Shown here piece by piece: positions 27,649 through 37,549 of a stretch of DNA of 64,000 nucleotides (the stretch's first letter is position 1; each line of letters opens with the position of its first letter). Source of the stretch: Thermodesulfobacteriota bacterium (GTDB taxonomy: Bacteria > Desulfobacterota_D > UBA1144 > Nemesobacterales > Nemesobacteraceae). The translations under genes were made by a program, and so were the position numbers. Location: the NCBI GenBank assembly GCA_965243595.1, contig OZ251569.1:1994381-2058380 (forward strand). Direction: 5' to 3'. Below the pieces are notes generated by a model that made no database searches, had not been told where the DNA came from, and was given only the letters and a program-made list of their open reading frames with translations.

Positions 27649-28785
27649 TCAACCCTCCGTCCTTCGGTTTCTGCGGGCGGCAGGAGACTTTTTGAGCTCC
27701 ATCTCCCTGTATATGTCATCGGCTAGGTCGGCGATTGTCACAGCCACGCGCAGAAGTTCTTCGGACCCGTCGTATCCCGTCGTCATGTAACCGCGTGCGC
27801 GCTGAAGCTCGTGCTTGGCTTTGTGAAGAGATTCCTGAAGAACCGCCTCGGGAGGACGGCCCAGTTCAAGAGCGAGCGACAGTTCCTTCCCCCCTCGAAG
27901 AGCCGTCACGGCTTCCTTGCTCTTGAGTACTTCGTCGAGCTGGCGGAGGTGAGGATTCTGTTTTTTTACGACGGGGGGAATCTCTCGTTTCTTGTCCCCG
28001 TACAGCCAGACGCACAACTCCCCGAGCTTCTCTATCTTGTCCCCAGGTACGGGTTCTGGATTTTCAGGGTCTACCGATTCCAATGACAAAAATTCTGTTA
28101 CTCCTTCGTACCCCAATCCGGTGTAAAGATGAGAAAAGGAAAACCTCTTGTGGAAACGGTTTTCCCGGTCATAGACTTTTTTCCTTTCAGCCTGCTCAAG
28201 CACAACCAGACCGCGATAGAGACGTTGCACCGTTTTGTGTCCGTCGCCGATCTGGCGGGCGATGTCTTCAAGAGGTATCCCGTATTCCCTATGGACATCG
28301 GCGATGTATTTCGCTTTCGCGTAACTGGTCCATTTGGCGAGGCCGTTAACGTGCTTGAAGCCGAGATAACGCCAGGAAGCCTCCCGACCGGGGGAGATTC
28401 TCGCGGGGAGATTCTTAAGATTCGAAAGAGATTGTTCGTCAAGCTTCGAGACCTTCCAGCCTTTGTCTTTCGAAGATGCCGGACCGAGCAACAGCGCTTT
28501 CACGGCCGCGAGCCTACGGTTCCCCTCTATGACGACCTTTTTCCCGTTCTCTTCTATCACTATCAAGGGTTCGTGCGGAAAATACCCGCTCGAGGTTATG
28601 GACTGCACGAGTTCCTCGATGTCCATCGTGTCCCACAGCAACGAGATGATGTCTTCATCGCTCGAGGTTTCTGCGATTCCGTATTCCGCGAGACGCGGGT
28701 TCCTGCTGTCAAAGTGCAGGTTGTCGGTGGGCAGCAGCTTTATACCTTCGTTTTCAGGCATCCTTGTCCTCCTACGCGGCGACAC
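27649..28785 (-). CDS. ParB/Srx (ParB N-terminal nuclease-like) domain protein
   Basis: The N-terminus IKLLPTDNLHFDSRNPRL...HEPLIVIEENGKKVVIEGNRRLAAVKALLLG carries the ParB-box GxRR motif and the KxxxL..R arrangement of ParB N-domains; the C-terminal about 250 aa is unassigned. It overlaps the MTase gene by 14 nt. Confidence 0.65.
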   Translation of the reverse strand: MSPRRRTRMPENEGIKLLPTDNLHFDSRNPRLAEYGIAETSSDEDIISLLWDTMDIEELVQSITSSGYFPHEPLIVIEENGKKVVIEGNRRLAAVKALLLGPASSKDKGWKVSKLDEQSLSNLKNLPARISPGREASWRYLGFKHVNGLAKWTSYAKAKYIADVHREYGIPLEDIARQIGDGHKTVQRLYRGLVVLEQAERKKVYDRENRFHKRFSFSHLYTGLGYEGVTEFLSLESVDPENPEPVPGDKIEKLGELCVWLYGDKKREIPPVVKKQNPHLRQLDEVLKSKEAVTALRGGKELSLALELGRPPEAVLQESLHKAKHELQRARGYMTTGYDGSEELLRVAVTIADLADDIYREMELKKSPAARRNRRTEG

Positions 28786-29653
28786 TCAAGGGCTTTTCGT
28801 CTCCGGCGACGTCAAACGAAACGGCGACGTTGCCGGGCGAGATGATCAGTTCGCGGGCATCGCGCTTGGTCTGCAGCGTGTAGCGGACGGGCAACAGGTT
28901 CACTTCGCATTCGCCGTAAAGGTCCCTGATGAGTTCGTCGTCGTCGTAAGACATGATCCACGGCAACGACCTCTGGGAAAGAACGTATTTCGCCAGTTCC
29001 ACATGATCCCGCCTTCCGTAAGCATTAAGGTAAAGGCGCTTGCCGTTGTTCACGTAAGGCGGATCGAGATAGACGAAAACATTTTTTCTGCCGCGCCCTC
29101 CGGGCAGACTGTCCTTGAGAAATCTGACCGCATCCTCGTTGAACGCGCGTATCCGCCCGCGCTTTTCGCCGAGTTTGAGAACGCGGCGCGCCAGCGACCC
29201 GCGATTGAAGCGGGCATCCATTTTCCACGAACCTTCCTGCCCGTAGCCGCCGATCGGTCCGGAACCGTCCAGCACTCCGGACCTGTTGCAGCGGTTCATG
29301 TAGAACGCGGCGAATCCTACGTCGAAAATATCGTAACGGTCCGGATTGGAGCAGATTTCCTTCTGTCTTCTCCACTCGCTCACGGTGAGCGGCACTTCCT
29401 CTATGCATTTTGCGAAACGCCTGGAATCATGGAGAACCGCGCGCCAGAACGCGTAGATTCTTTCGTCGGCGTCGTTGATGCGGATGTCGGAAACAACTCC
29501 CGCGTCGAGCAGCTTCAGGGCCGCGCCCGCGCCTCCCGCGTAAGGCTCGAAGTAAACGCATCCCCGTAGACCGTTGAGGTCGATAACCTTCGTAAGAAAC
29601 CCCGAAAGCGACGCCTTGCCTCCCGGGTATCGAAGCGGGCTGGGATGTCTCAT
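28772..29653 (-). CDS. DNA adenine N6-methyltransferase, D12 (Dam-like) class
   Basis: LRYPGGKASL (motif X), FEPYAGGAGAA (motif I, SAM binding), YLDPPYV (motif IV, DPPY) and NDADE form the gamma-class Dam order of motifs. Confidence 0.85.
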   Translation of the reverse strand: MRHPSPLRYPGGKASLSGFLTKVIDLNGLRGCVYFEPYAGGAGAALKLLDAGVVSDIRINDADERIYAFWRAVLHDSRRFAKCIEEVPLTVSEWRRQKEICSNPDRYDIFDVGFAAFYMNRCNRSGVLDGSGPIGGYGQEGSWKMDARFNRGSLARRVLKLGEKRGRIRAFNEDAVRFLKDSLPGGRGRKNVFVYLDPPYVNNGKRLYLNAYGRRDHVELAKYVLSQRSLPWIMSYDDDELIRDLYGECEVNLLPVRYTLQTKRDARELIISPGNVAVSFDVAGDEKPLSVAA

Positions 29654-29828
29654 CTGCAGTCTCCAAACGAATTGCGGAAAGTTAATTTCAAACCCCTTCC
29701 TTGGAAAAAAGATACCGGATTGCAGGATTATTCAAATTCCGCGAAACGCCGCAAGCCCCTGCCCGTAACGCGAATCTCCGCCGGTTCGCGTCGTCTTTCG
29801 ATACTGATATTCCCTCGCGCTCCTTCGC

Positions 29829-31286
29829 CTAGGTCTTCCAGAAAGACGGAGTGAAGAGCACGAGCACCGTGTAGAGCTCGAGCCTCCCTGCTATCATCGC
29901 CGCGGAGAGCACGACCTTGGTCGCCGAACCCAAGGACGCGTAGCTGCTCGCCGGGCCCACCTCGTCGAATCCCGGCCCGACGTTCGTTATCGCCGCCGCG
30001 GCCGCCGAGACCGCCGATTCGAGCGAAAGATCCTCGAGCATGAGCACCGCGAGAGTGAGAAACGCGAAGACGAACACGTAGAGAATGAAAAAGCTCGTGA
30101 CGCCGGAGACCGCCTTTTCGCTCACGGCCTTTCCGTCTATCTTTATGGGGGACACGAGGCTCGGATAGACGAGCCGTCTGAGTTCCCTGTGACCCTTCTT
30201 GAAAAGCACCATGAGCCGCACGGCCTTGACCGACCCGGAAGTGGAGCCGGCGCACGCCCCGAAGAACATGAGCAGAAAAAGTATCCACTTCACAAACGGG
30301 GGCCACGCGTCGAAGTCCGTCGTGGTGAATCCCGTCGTCGTGATGATCGAGACCACCTGGAAGGAGCCGTAGCGAAGCGCCTCGGAGAAGGTTTCGTAGA
30401 CGTCGGTCTGGCGAAGCTCGAGCGCTATGAAAATCGTGGCCGCGAGCGTGAAGAACAGGTAGAAGCGGAACTCGGAGCTTCGAAGAAACATCCTCGGCCG
30501 CCCCGAAAACAGGTGGTAGTGGAGCACGAAGCTCGTTCCCCCGAGAAACATGAAAAGGGTGATCATTCCCTGCACGTAGACGCTGTCGTAGGCCCCGACG
30601 CTCGCGTCCCTGCAGGAAAACCCCCCGGTGGCTATGGTGCTGAACGAGTGAGTGAGGGCGTCGAAGAAGCTCATTCCGCCGAAGAGGAGAAGGACGCAGA
30701 GAATGGCGGTGAGGGCGATGTACATGACCCAGAGCTTTTTCGCTGTCTCGGCGATCTTCGGGGCGAACTTCTCGGTGCTGGGCCCCGGGGCCTCGAGTCC
30801 CACGAGCTGCACCCCGCCCGCGAAAAGTCGCGGAAGTATGGCGACGCCCAGCACTATCATTCCCATGCCCCCGAGCCACTGGGTGAAGTTTCTCCAGAAA
30901 AGCATCCCCTTCGGAAGACCCTCTATGGACGAAAGCGCCGTGGCCCCCGTGGTGGTGAATCCCGCCGTCGATTCGAAGACGGCGTCCACGGGATTTTCGA
31001 AAACGCCGTGGAGAAAGTAGGGAAGAGCGCCGAAGACGCTTGCGAACACCCAGCAGAGGGTGGCTATCAGGAAGCCGTCGCGCCTTCGCATCTCGGCGGG
31101 GGCTTCGGGAACGCGGAACGCAATCGCGAGGGCCGCTCCCGCAAGCGAGGTCGCCGCGGCGGAAACGAGGAAGGCGCGCAGGTCCTCCCCGCCGTAGAGA
31201 ACGGAGCAGAGCGCCGGGGCCAGCATCAGAAGCCCCAGACACACGACGAACTTCCCCGTCACGTGAAAGGAGAACCGGAGATTCAC
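29829..31286 (-). CDS. trkH: Trk-type K+ uptake membrane subunit
   Basis: The 485-aa polytopic protein has repeated pore-loop-like segments (TTTGFTT, ATGGFS, FSTIATGGFS, TTTGFTTTD) characteristic of TrkH/KtrB. Confidence 0.85.
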   Translation of the reverse strand: MNLRFSFHVTGKFVVCLGLLMLAPALCSVLYGGEDLRAFLVSAAATSLAGAALAIAFRVPEAPAEMRRRDGFLIATLCWVFASVFGALPYFLHGVFENPVDAVFESTAGFTTTGATALSSIEGLPKGMLFWRNFTQWLGGMGMIVLGVAILPRLFAGGVQLVGLEAPGPSTEKFAPKIAETAKKLWVMYIALTAILCVLLLFGGMSFFDALTHSFSTIATGGFSCRDASVGAYDSVYVQGMITLFMFLGGTSFVLHYHLFSGRPRMFLRSSEFRFYLFFTLAATIFIALELRQTDVYETFSEALRYGSFQVVSIITTTGFTTTDFDAWPPFVKWILFLLMFFGACAGSTSGSVKAVRLMVLFKKGHRELRRLVYPSLVSPIKIDGKAVSEKAVSGVTSFFILYVFVFAFLTLAVLMLEDLSLESAVSAAAAAITNVGPGFDEVGPASSYASLGSATKVVLSAAMIAGRLELYTVLVLFTPSFWKT

Positions 31287-32617
31287 TAAACCATCATCTC
31301 TTCTACTTTTTTAACCGCCCCCGGAACGGAAAACACCACCAGGCGGTCTCCCGTCTGGGCCACGAAGTCCCCTCTCGGAAAAATCGGCTTCTCGTCCCTC
31401 ACGCAGACCCCTATCACCGAGCCCCGCGGCATCGGGTTCTCGCCGAGGGGCGTTCCCAGTATCCTCGTGCTCTCCCCGACGTCGAACTCGCGCACCTCGC
31501 CCGCGCCCTCGTAGAGAAGCGAGACGTTGGCCTCCCCGCCCAGGTGAAGCGAGCCGAGGATGCCGTTCGCCACGGCCATGCGCACGCTTATGGCCCTGTC
31601 TATTCCTATGGCCTCGAGCACCCCGGCGTAGTCGGGATTGGAGTAAAGAACCATGGAGCGCTCCACTCCGAGGTTCTTTCCCAGAAGGGCGCTGAGCACG
31701 TTGTTCTCGTCGTCTCCCGTAAGGGCGAACAGGTAGTCGCTGCGCTCCACCCCCGCTTCCCGGAGCACGTCGAGATCCGTCCCGTCCCCCTCGAACACCA
31801 TCACGCCCAGAAGCTCCTCGGCGGCCGCCCGGGCCTTTTCGCGGTCGCTCTCCACGAGCCTCACCGAGAGCCCCTTTTCGTGCAGGCTCGAGGCCGTCTG
31901 GCATCCCACCTTCCCGCCGCCCACTATGATGACGGTGTTTATCTTCTCTATCCTGAGGTTGAAGAGGCTCTCTAGCTTCTCGAGGGCGGAATGCATTCCC
32001 AGGGCGAACACGAGATCGCCCTCGCGAAGTTCCGTCTCCCCGTCGGGAATGGTGATCCTGTGGTCTCTCTGCACCCCGACGAATATCCAGTGCCTGAAAG
32101 TATCATCGGCGAGGTTCCTGAGCTTGGTGTTTATGACCGGGGCGCCGCGCTCGACCCGCAGCTTTAGAAGCTCCACCTTTCCGCTGGCGAAAAACTCCAC
32201 CCTGCCCGCGAACGGCGCTCCCACAAGCGCGTTCACATGCTCGGAGATTATCCGCCCGGGGCTGACGACGGTGACGGGAGAGCCGCCCATCATGCCCGCG
32301 TACTCGGCGTAGGAGGGGTCGCGAAGCGTGGTAACTATCTTCTCGACCCCGCAGGAGCGGGCGACCAGGGAGGCGAGAACGTTGGTCTTGTCGTCGCCCG
32401 TCACGGCGACCACGACGTCGGCCTTTTCCACCTGCGCCCGGCGAAGCACCGCGGGTACGGCCCCGCTTCCCTCGAAGACGAGGATGTCCTGCGTCTCCCT
32501 CACCTTGCTTATCAGCTCGGGGTCGCTCTCCACGGCCACGATTTCCTGGCTCCCGCAAAGCTCCCCGGAGAGAAACGCCCCGACCTGCCCGAGACCTATT
32601 ATCAGGATTCTTCGCAT
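31286..32617 (-). CDS. trkA: Trk system NAD-binding subunit (two RCK/KTN domains)
   Basis: MRRILIIGLGQVGAFL and a second VIIVGGGKVGCQTA Rossmann repeat in a 443-aa tandem RCK layout; the stop overlaps the trkH start. Confidence 0.85.
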   Translation of the reverse strand: MRRILIIGLGQVGAFLSGELCGSQEIVAVESDPELISKVRETQDILVFEGSGAVPAVLRRAQVEKADVVVAVTGDDKTNVLASLVARSCGVEKIVTTLRDPSYAEYAGMMGGSPVTVVSPGRIISEHVNALVGAPFAGRVEFFASGKVELLKLRVERGAPVINTKLRNLADDTFRHWIFVGVQRDHRITIPDGETELREGDLVFALGMHSALEKLESLFNLRIEKINTVIIVGGGKVGCQTASSLHEKGLSVRLVESDREKARAAAEELLGVMVFEGDGTDLDVLREAGVERSDYLFALTGDDENNVLSALLGKNLGVERSMVLYSNPDYAGVLEAIGIDRAISVRMAVANGILGSLHLGGEANVSLLYEGAGEVREFDVGESTRILGTPLGENPMPRGSVIGVCVRDEKPIFPRGDFVAQTGDRLVVFSVPGAVKKVEEMMV

Positions 32618-32623
32618 GGGAAG

Positions 32624-33379
32624 CTATCCTCGCGCGCGCGTCCCGCGGGCGGGAAAGCGGGTCCGGAGGAGCATCGCGCCGAAAACCGCGACCAGGACGA
32701 CGCACGCGAGCTGCGCCTGGGAAATCCCCTCGATGAAGCTCGGGGTGGTTTCCCGGAGAAGCTCGGCGGCGAACCTCTGCGTCCCGAGCGCCACGAAGCC
32801 CACCGAGGCGAGCCATCCCGCCGGGGCGGGCCTTTTCCTGATCCTCCAGAGAACGGCGAAGAGCACGGCCATGGAAAGCGTGTCGTAGAGCTGCGAGGGG
32901 TGAACGTTCACGGCCCTCTCGGAGAAGGTGAGGGCCCACGGGAGGTCGCACTCAACGCCGTAGTCGCAGCCGTTCAGGAAGCACCCTATCCTCCCCACCC
33001 CGTAGCCGGCGACCAGCGCCGGGCAGACCACGTCGAGGAGCTGCCCGTAGGCGATTTTCCTCGCCTTGGAGAGCAGGGCCAGGCCCAGGAATATTCCGAA
33101 AATCCCGCCCGCCGAGGAGTATCCCGAAACGAAGTAGCGGGGGGTGTCGGCCAGAAACTCCGCGAGCGTGGCGTTCTGGTAGAGAAAAAGAAGCTTGGCC
33201 CCGATCACGCCTCCGGCGAAGCAGGCGAGCAGAAAAGCGGGTCCGAGCTCGGGGTCCATTTTCCTCCGCCCGATCTCGCTTCGCGCCGCGGCGTAGGCCA
33301 CCAGATAGCCCGCCGCGAAAAACACCGAGTAGGACGTCAGGTAGAAATCCTCTCCGAACCTCAGAAGTACGGGATACAT
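32624..33379 (-). CDS. lgt: prolipoprotein diacylglyceryl transferase
   Basis: Multi-TM protein with the Lgt signature GRIGCFLNGCDYG and conserved Y/G-rich helices. Confidence 0.8.
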   Translation of the reverse strand: MYPVLLRFGEDFYLTSYSVFFAAGYLVAYAAARSEIGRRKMDPELGPAFLLACFAGGVIGAKLLFLYQNATLAEFLADTPRYFVSGYSSAGGIFGIFLGLALLSKARKIAYGQLLDVVCPALVAGYGVGRIGCFLNGCDYGVECDLPWALTFSERAVNVHPSQLYDTLSMAVLFAVLWRIRKRPAPAGWLASVGFVALGTQRFAAELLRETTPSFIEGISQAQLACVVLVAVFGAMLLRTRFPARGTRARG

Positions 33380-33398
33380 GGGCGCGGACCTCCCTGCC

Positions 33399-34286
33399 TC
33401 ACTCCTTGACGAGAGAGTTCACGTCTATGAACGGCACCGCGCCGCCTCCCGAGAACCTGGGAAGCGTGCCGTCCCACTTCTCCGCCACGCGCAGCTGTAT
33501 TATCTGCGGGTTGTTGCGAAGCGCCCGGGCCTCCCTCTCTATGGCGTCGGCCCTGGCCTTGGACGCCACCTCTATCTCGAACGCGCGGGCTCCGGCCGCG
33601 AGCTTTTTCTCCTCGGCGGCGGCTTCCGCCTGCGTCACCCTTCTTATCTTCTCGTTCTTGGCCTGCAGGGCTTCCTGCTCGGCCTTCACCTTGAGCTCGA
33701 TGGCCCTGTTGAACTCCTCGGAGAAGTCGAAGTCGGTTATGGCCACGTTGGCGATCCGAAGCGCGGTGGGAGATATGTCCTTTTCGGCCAGCGTGACGGA
33801 TATGAACTTGTTTATCGCCTCCTGTATCTCGACCTTCACCTCGGCCCTCTTGGTGACGAGCTGCTCGGCGGTGTACTTCGCGGTGATGGCCTTTACCGAC
33901 TCCTGTATCGCGGGCTCTATGAGCGTGAGCGACACGGTGTTTCTCTTTCCTATCTTCTGGAATATGAGCGGGGCGAGATCCCCCGTGATCGAGTACTGGA
34001 GCGTGACCTGGGTCTGCACGGTCTGCAGGTCCTTCGAGGCGGAAACGGCCTTGGCTACGGCGGCGGTGAGACGTATGTCTATCTGCTCGATCTTGTCCAT
34101 GAAGGGCTTTTTGAGATGAAACCCTTCTTGGAGGGCCTTGGGCTGCACGGCCCCGAGCGTCCTCACGACCCCGACGTGCCCGCTCTCCACTATGACGAAA
34201 ACCCCCGTGACGACAAAGAATATGAGAATGAATATCACCGGGTAGAAAATGTTCAGCCTTGGAAGCTGTCTTTTTACTCTCATCAA
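33399..34286 (-). CDS. SPFH/band-7 (prohibitin/HflC-like) membrane protein
   Basis: N-terminal TM (IFYPVIFILIFFVVTGVFVIV), SPFH core ESGHVGVVRTLGAV...QTVQTQVTLQYSI and a long Ala/Glu/Gln coiled-coil tail. Confidence 0.8.
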   Translation of the reverse strand: MMRVKRQLPRLNIFYPVIFILIFFVVTGVFVIVESGHVGVVRTLGAVQPKALQEGFHLKKPFMDKIEQIDIRLTAAVAKAVSASKDLQTVQTQVTLQYSITGDLAPLIFQKIGKRNTVSLTLIEPAIQESVKAITAKYTAEQLVTKRAEVKVEIQEAINKFISVTLAEKDISPTALRIANVAITDFDFSEEFNRAIELKVKAEQEALQAKNEKIRRVTQAEAAAEEKKLAAGARAFEIEVASKARADAIEREARALRNNPQIIQLRVAEKWDGTLPRFSGGGAVPFIDVNSLVKE

Positions 34287-34359
34287 TGTACCTCCGTTAA
34301 GTACTTCCGTTGCGGTGTATTATACTCGGATACCCCGGCAAACATAAGCGCGGCGCGGA

Positions 34360-36069
34360 TCAGGACTCCGCCGCCCTCGCGTCCCGCACGAAAAGCCGGG
34401 TTCTCCTCCTGCCTCTCCATTCCTCGGAGCGCGCGGCGAAAACCATATCCATTTTCGCGGGAAGTTCCACGACCGGGGAGTCGAACCACACGCAGCGAAG
34501 CGAAGCGCCGTCCGCCCCGGCGTCGAAGGAGACGTGGCGCTCCTTCATGACCCTCGCGTTTTCCACCTCGACCGCCCTCGCGAGAAAAAGCGGCTCGGGA
34601 TTTCCCTCTCCGAAAGGAGCGAGCCTCCCGACCTGGGAGACGAGTTCGTCCGTGAGGGAAGAGAGGTCGATTTCGCAGTCCACCTCCAGCGCGGCCTCGG
34701 GTCTCGGGCCGGTCTTGGAAAGCTCCGCGCAGAATCTTTTCCTGAAAGGGTCGACCGAGTCCCCTCCGATCGAGATTCCGGCGGCGAACCTGTGTCCCCC
34801 GAACGCGGACAGCAGTTCCGCGCACTTCGAAAGCGGCGTGAATATGTCCGCTCCCGCGAACGACCTTCCGCTCCCCCTGCCCTCTCCGTTTCCGTCGACC
34901 GATATGAGAAACACGGGTTTTTCGTAGAGCTCGCAGAGAGACGAAGCCACGATTCCCAGAACCCCCCTGTGCCACCCGGGCGAGCAGAGAACCAGCGCGG
35001 GGTCGTCCGCCGGACCCCCGTCGGCCTCGACCATCGAGACGGCCTCTGTGCGTATCCGCTCCTCGATTTCCTTTCTCTTCGAGTTTCGCCGGTCGAGACT
35101 TTCGGCGAGCGAGGCGGCCTCGGCGGGGTCTTCGCAGACCAGAAGCGAGACGGCGTCGGAGGCGGAGCCGAGTCTTCCCGCGGCGTTTATCCTGGGACCG
35201 AGGCGGAAACCGAGGTCGAAGGTCTCCACGGGGGCGCCCACGCCGCTTACCTTCATGAGGGCCGCGAGCCCCGGCCGCTTCGGGGAGGCCATCCTCAGAA
35301 GACCTTCGCGGAGCATCGTCCTGTTCACTCCCGAAAGCGGCACGCAGTCCGAAACCGTTCCGAGCGACACGAGGTCGAGGAAGTCGCCGAGGTTGGGTTC
35401 GCCGCCCCGGAAAAATCCCTCTTCCCTGAGAGTCCTTCTGAGTCCCAGAGCGAGGTTGAAGGCCACTGCGACTCCCGCGACGTTCTTGTCCGGGTAGTTG
35501 CAGCCGGGCCGCTTGGGATTGAGGACGGCCGCGGCTTCGGGAAGTTCGCCGCTGATGCTGTGGTGGTCGGTCACCACGAAATCCATCCCGAGCTCTTTCG
35601 CCTCCCTCACCTCCTCCGCGGCGGTTATGCCGCAGTCGACGGAAACCACAAGCTGCGTCCCGCCTCCGCGGAGCCCGCGGAGGGCGTCCGAATTCACGCC
35701 GTACCCCTCGGAGAACCTGTCGGGGATGTAGTACTCGACGTCGCACCCGAGCGCGGAGAGAAAGCTCCAGAGAAGTGACGTTCCCGCGACGCCGTCCACG
35801 TCGAAGTCCCCGTAGACCGCGATTTTTTCTTTTTCGTAGACGGCTTTTTTGAGCCTCTCCACGGCTTCGTCCATCCCCTTCATGAGAAACGGGGAGGGAA
35901 GGTCGGAGAGCGCCGGGGAGAGAAACGTCTCCGCCTCCTCGACCGTGCGTATTCCCCTGTTTGCCAGCAGCAGGGCCGCGATGGGAAGAATCCCGAGCTT
36001 TTTCGAGATTTTCTCGGCGGGACCCTTGGCCGTCTTCGCCACCTTCCATTTTCTTGCCGGCTTGTTCAC
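34360..36069 (-). CDS. recJ: single-stranded-DNA-specific exonuclease RecJ
   Basis: DHH motifs IAVYGDFDVDGVAGTSLL, TDHH and DCGITA, plus a DHHA1 C-terminal region, in 569 aa. Confidence 0.85.
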   Translation of the reverse strand: MNKPARKWKVAKTAKGPAEKISKKLGILPIAALLLANRGIRTVEEAETFLSPALSDLPSPFLMKGMDEAVERLKKAVYEKEKIAVYGDFDVDGVAGTSLLWSFLSALGCDVEYYIPDRFSEGYGVNSDALRGLRGGGTQLVVSVDCGITAAEEVREAKELGMDFVVTDHHSISGELPEAAAVLNPKRPGCNYPDKNVAGVAVAFNLALGLRRTLREEGFFRGGEPNLGDFLDLVSLGTVSDCVPLSGVNRTMLREGLLRMASPKRPGLAALMKVSGVGAPVETFDLGFRLGPRINAAGRLGSASDAVSLLVCEDPAEAASLAESLDRRNSKRKEIEERIRTEAVSMVEADGGPADDPALVLCSPGWHRGVLGIVASSLCELYEKPVFLISVDGNGEGRGSGRSFAGADIFTPLSKCAELLSAFGGHRFAAGISIGGDSVDPFRKRFCAELSKTGPRPEAALEVDCEIDLSSLTDELVSQVGRLAPFGEGNPEPLFLARAVEVENARVMKERHVSFDAGADGASLRCVWFDSPVVELPAKMDMVFAARSEEWRGRRRTRLFVRDARAAES

Positions 36070-36145
36070 CTGGAAGTCTCCGGAAGTTTCCTGCGCGGGT
36101 CAGAATCCGCCGGCCGCACGGAGCGCAACATCTCCGGCCGCGCCC

Positions 36146-37546
36146 TCATGCTTCCGCACGAAGAGTCTCCGGGGCCACAAGTCCGTTTCCCCTGAAACGC
36201 CGGGAGCGCTCTTTTCCCGATTTTCCTTTCGCGGCTTCGGAAACATTCAGGGTTCCGAAGGGCCGTCTCACCGAAGAAAGGCTTATTCCGTTCTTGATGG
36301 AGTTGAGAACTCCGGCGGCCTCAAGATAGTTCTCCACCCTGACGAACTGCCCCGCGGCCCAGGGAAGCTCGCCCAGGTCGTTTCTCATCAGGTTTCTGTT
36401 TTCCCTCACCGCCACAACCTTGATCCCCTGCTCGAGGGCCGCCAGCGTGGGAAGACCCAGGCAGCCGTCCGGAACGACCAGGCAGGAGACGTCCTTCGCG
36501 GAAATTATGCCGTCGCAATTAAACACTTCGGGATCCGCAACGATCCCGGGACTTCCGTGAAGCCCCTTGAGAACGCAGTGAAAGAAGGTGTTGGAGACGG
36601 CTTCCGCCGACATTCTCGCTTCGACGACTCCGGGGTCCATGTTGGAGATTTCGGGGGATTCGAACATCGGAGAATGGGCGGAAGGAACGTCGAAGCCGTA
36701 GGAAACGGCGTGGGTGAGCATGGCCTCGACCCCTCCCCATGGGTTGACCATCTCTCCCCCGCTGCGGAAGTAGTCAAGATGATAGCTCTCGGGGACCTTT
36801 ATCACGGAGGAGATGGCGACCGCGTCGTAGCTTCCCTCGCGCTCTCTCAGAACGGAGAACAGGTTGTCGACGCCTTCGATGACGCCGACCGCCCTGCTTG
36901 AAGACGAATACTCGGACCTCATGGTTACGGAAGGACTCATCCTCACTATGCCGGAACACTCCATTCCCAGAGTCGCCCGGGCGGCGTTGACGGAATTGAC
37001 GGCGGCGTTCTCAAAGACTTCGTGTTCGTTCTCGTCTATGACGGCCAGAACCCGGTTGGACCTTACGGGCCGCAGTCCCGCCGAGCCCATCATCAGGCGG
37101 CAGATGGCGCTGCCTTCGACGTAAAGACTGTTCTCTGGCATTTCGTTTATGTCCGAGGCGTTGAACACGTTCGGGTGGGTTATGAGATTGTCGCAGCACG
37201 AAGACAGCAGCCTGGCCACGGGGGTGGCGTCTCCGGCGTGGCCGCCTATTTCGCAGCCGATTCCCGTGGGAACCAGGAAAACGACGTTGAACTCCCTGGT
37301 GCTCTCAAACTTGCGCTTCTCGAACCTGAACAGCGCCGCGGGGTCTTCGAGACCGTTTATTCCCGCCCCGCCCAGAACGCCGACTTCGCACCTGTAATCC
37401 GGGCCGGAGCTGTCGGTGACGGCGATTCTCACCGGCAGCAGACCTTCTCCGCCCAGACGGGAGGACACCTGTCTTTCAATGTACGACAGCGGGCTCCCGT
37501 CGCCCCGAATCTTGGGAAAAGACATTTCTTTTTCCGTGAATCTCAT
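36146..37546 (-). CDS. hypothetical protein (466 aa), co-oriented and adjacent (3-nt gap) with the nspC-like decarboxylase
   Basis: Clean ORF with no family recognised (…NVVFLVPTGIGCEIGGHAGDATPVARLLSSCCDNLITHPNVFNASD…). The start may be Met8 (MSFPKI). Confidence 0.5.
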   Translation of the reverse strand: MRFTEKEMSFPKIRGDGSPLSYIERQVSSRLGGEGLLPVRIAVTDSSGPDYRCEVGVLGGAGINGLEDPAALFRFEKRKFESTREFNVVFLVPTGIGCEIGGHAGDATPVARLLSSCCDNLITHPNVFNASDINEMPENSLYVEGSAICRLMMGSAGLRPVRSNRVLAVIDENEHEVFENAAVNSVNAARATLGMECSGIVRMSPSVTMRSEYSSSSRAVGVIEGVDNLFSVLREREGSYDAVAISSVIKVPESYHLDYFRSGGEMVNPWGGVEAMLTHAVSYGFDVPSAHSPMFESPEISNMDPGVVEARMSAEAVSNTFFHCVLKGLHGSPGIVADPEVFNCDGIISAKDVSCLVVPDGCLGLPTLAALEQGIKVVAVRENRNLMRNDLGELPWAAGQFVRVENYLEAAGVLNSIKNGISLSSVRRPFGTLNVSEAAKGKSGKERSRRFRGNGLVAPETLRAEA

Positions 37547-37549
37547 GAT

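Noticed and set aside
26713-29653. Interpretation of the MTase-ParB-nuclease block as a prophage remnant
   Set aside because: No other phage genes (integrase, terminase, capsid, repressor) flank it, and the block sits directly between trkH and ribF. A phage origin for the cassette cannot be excluded, so this is kept only as an alternative.
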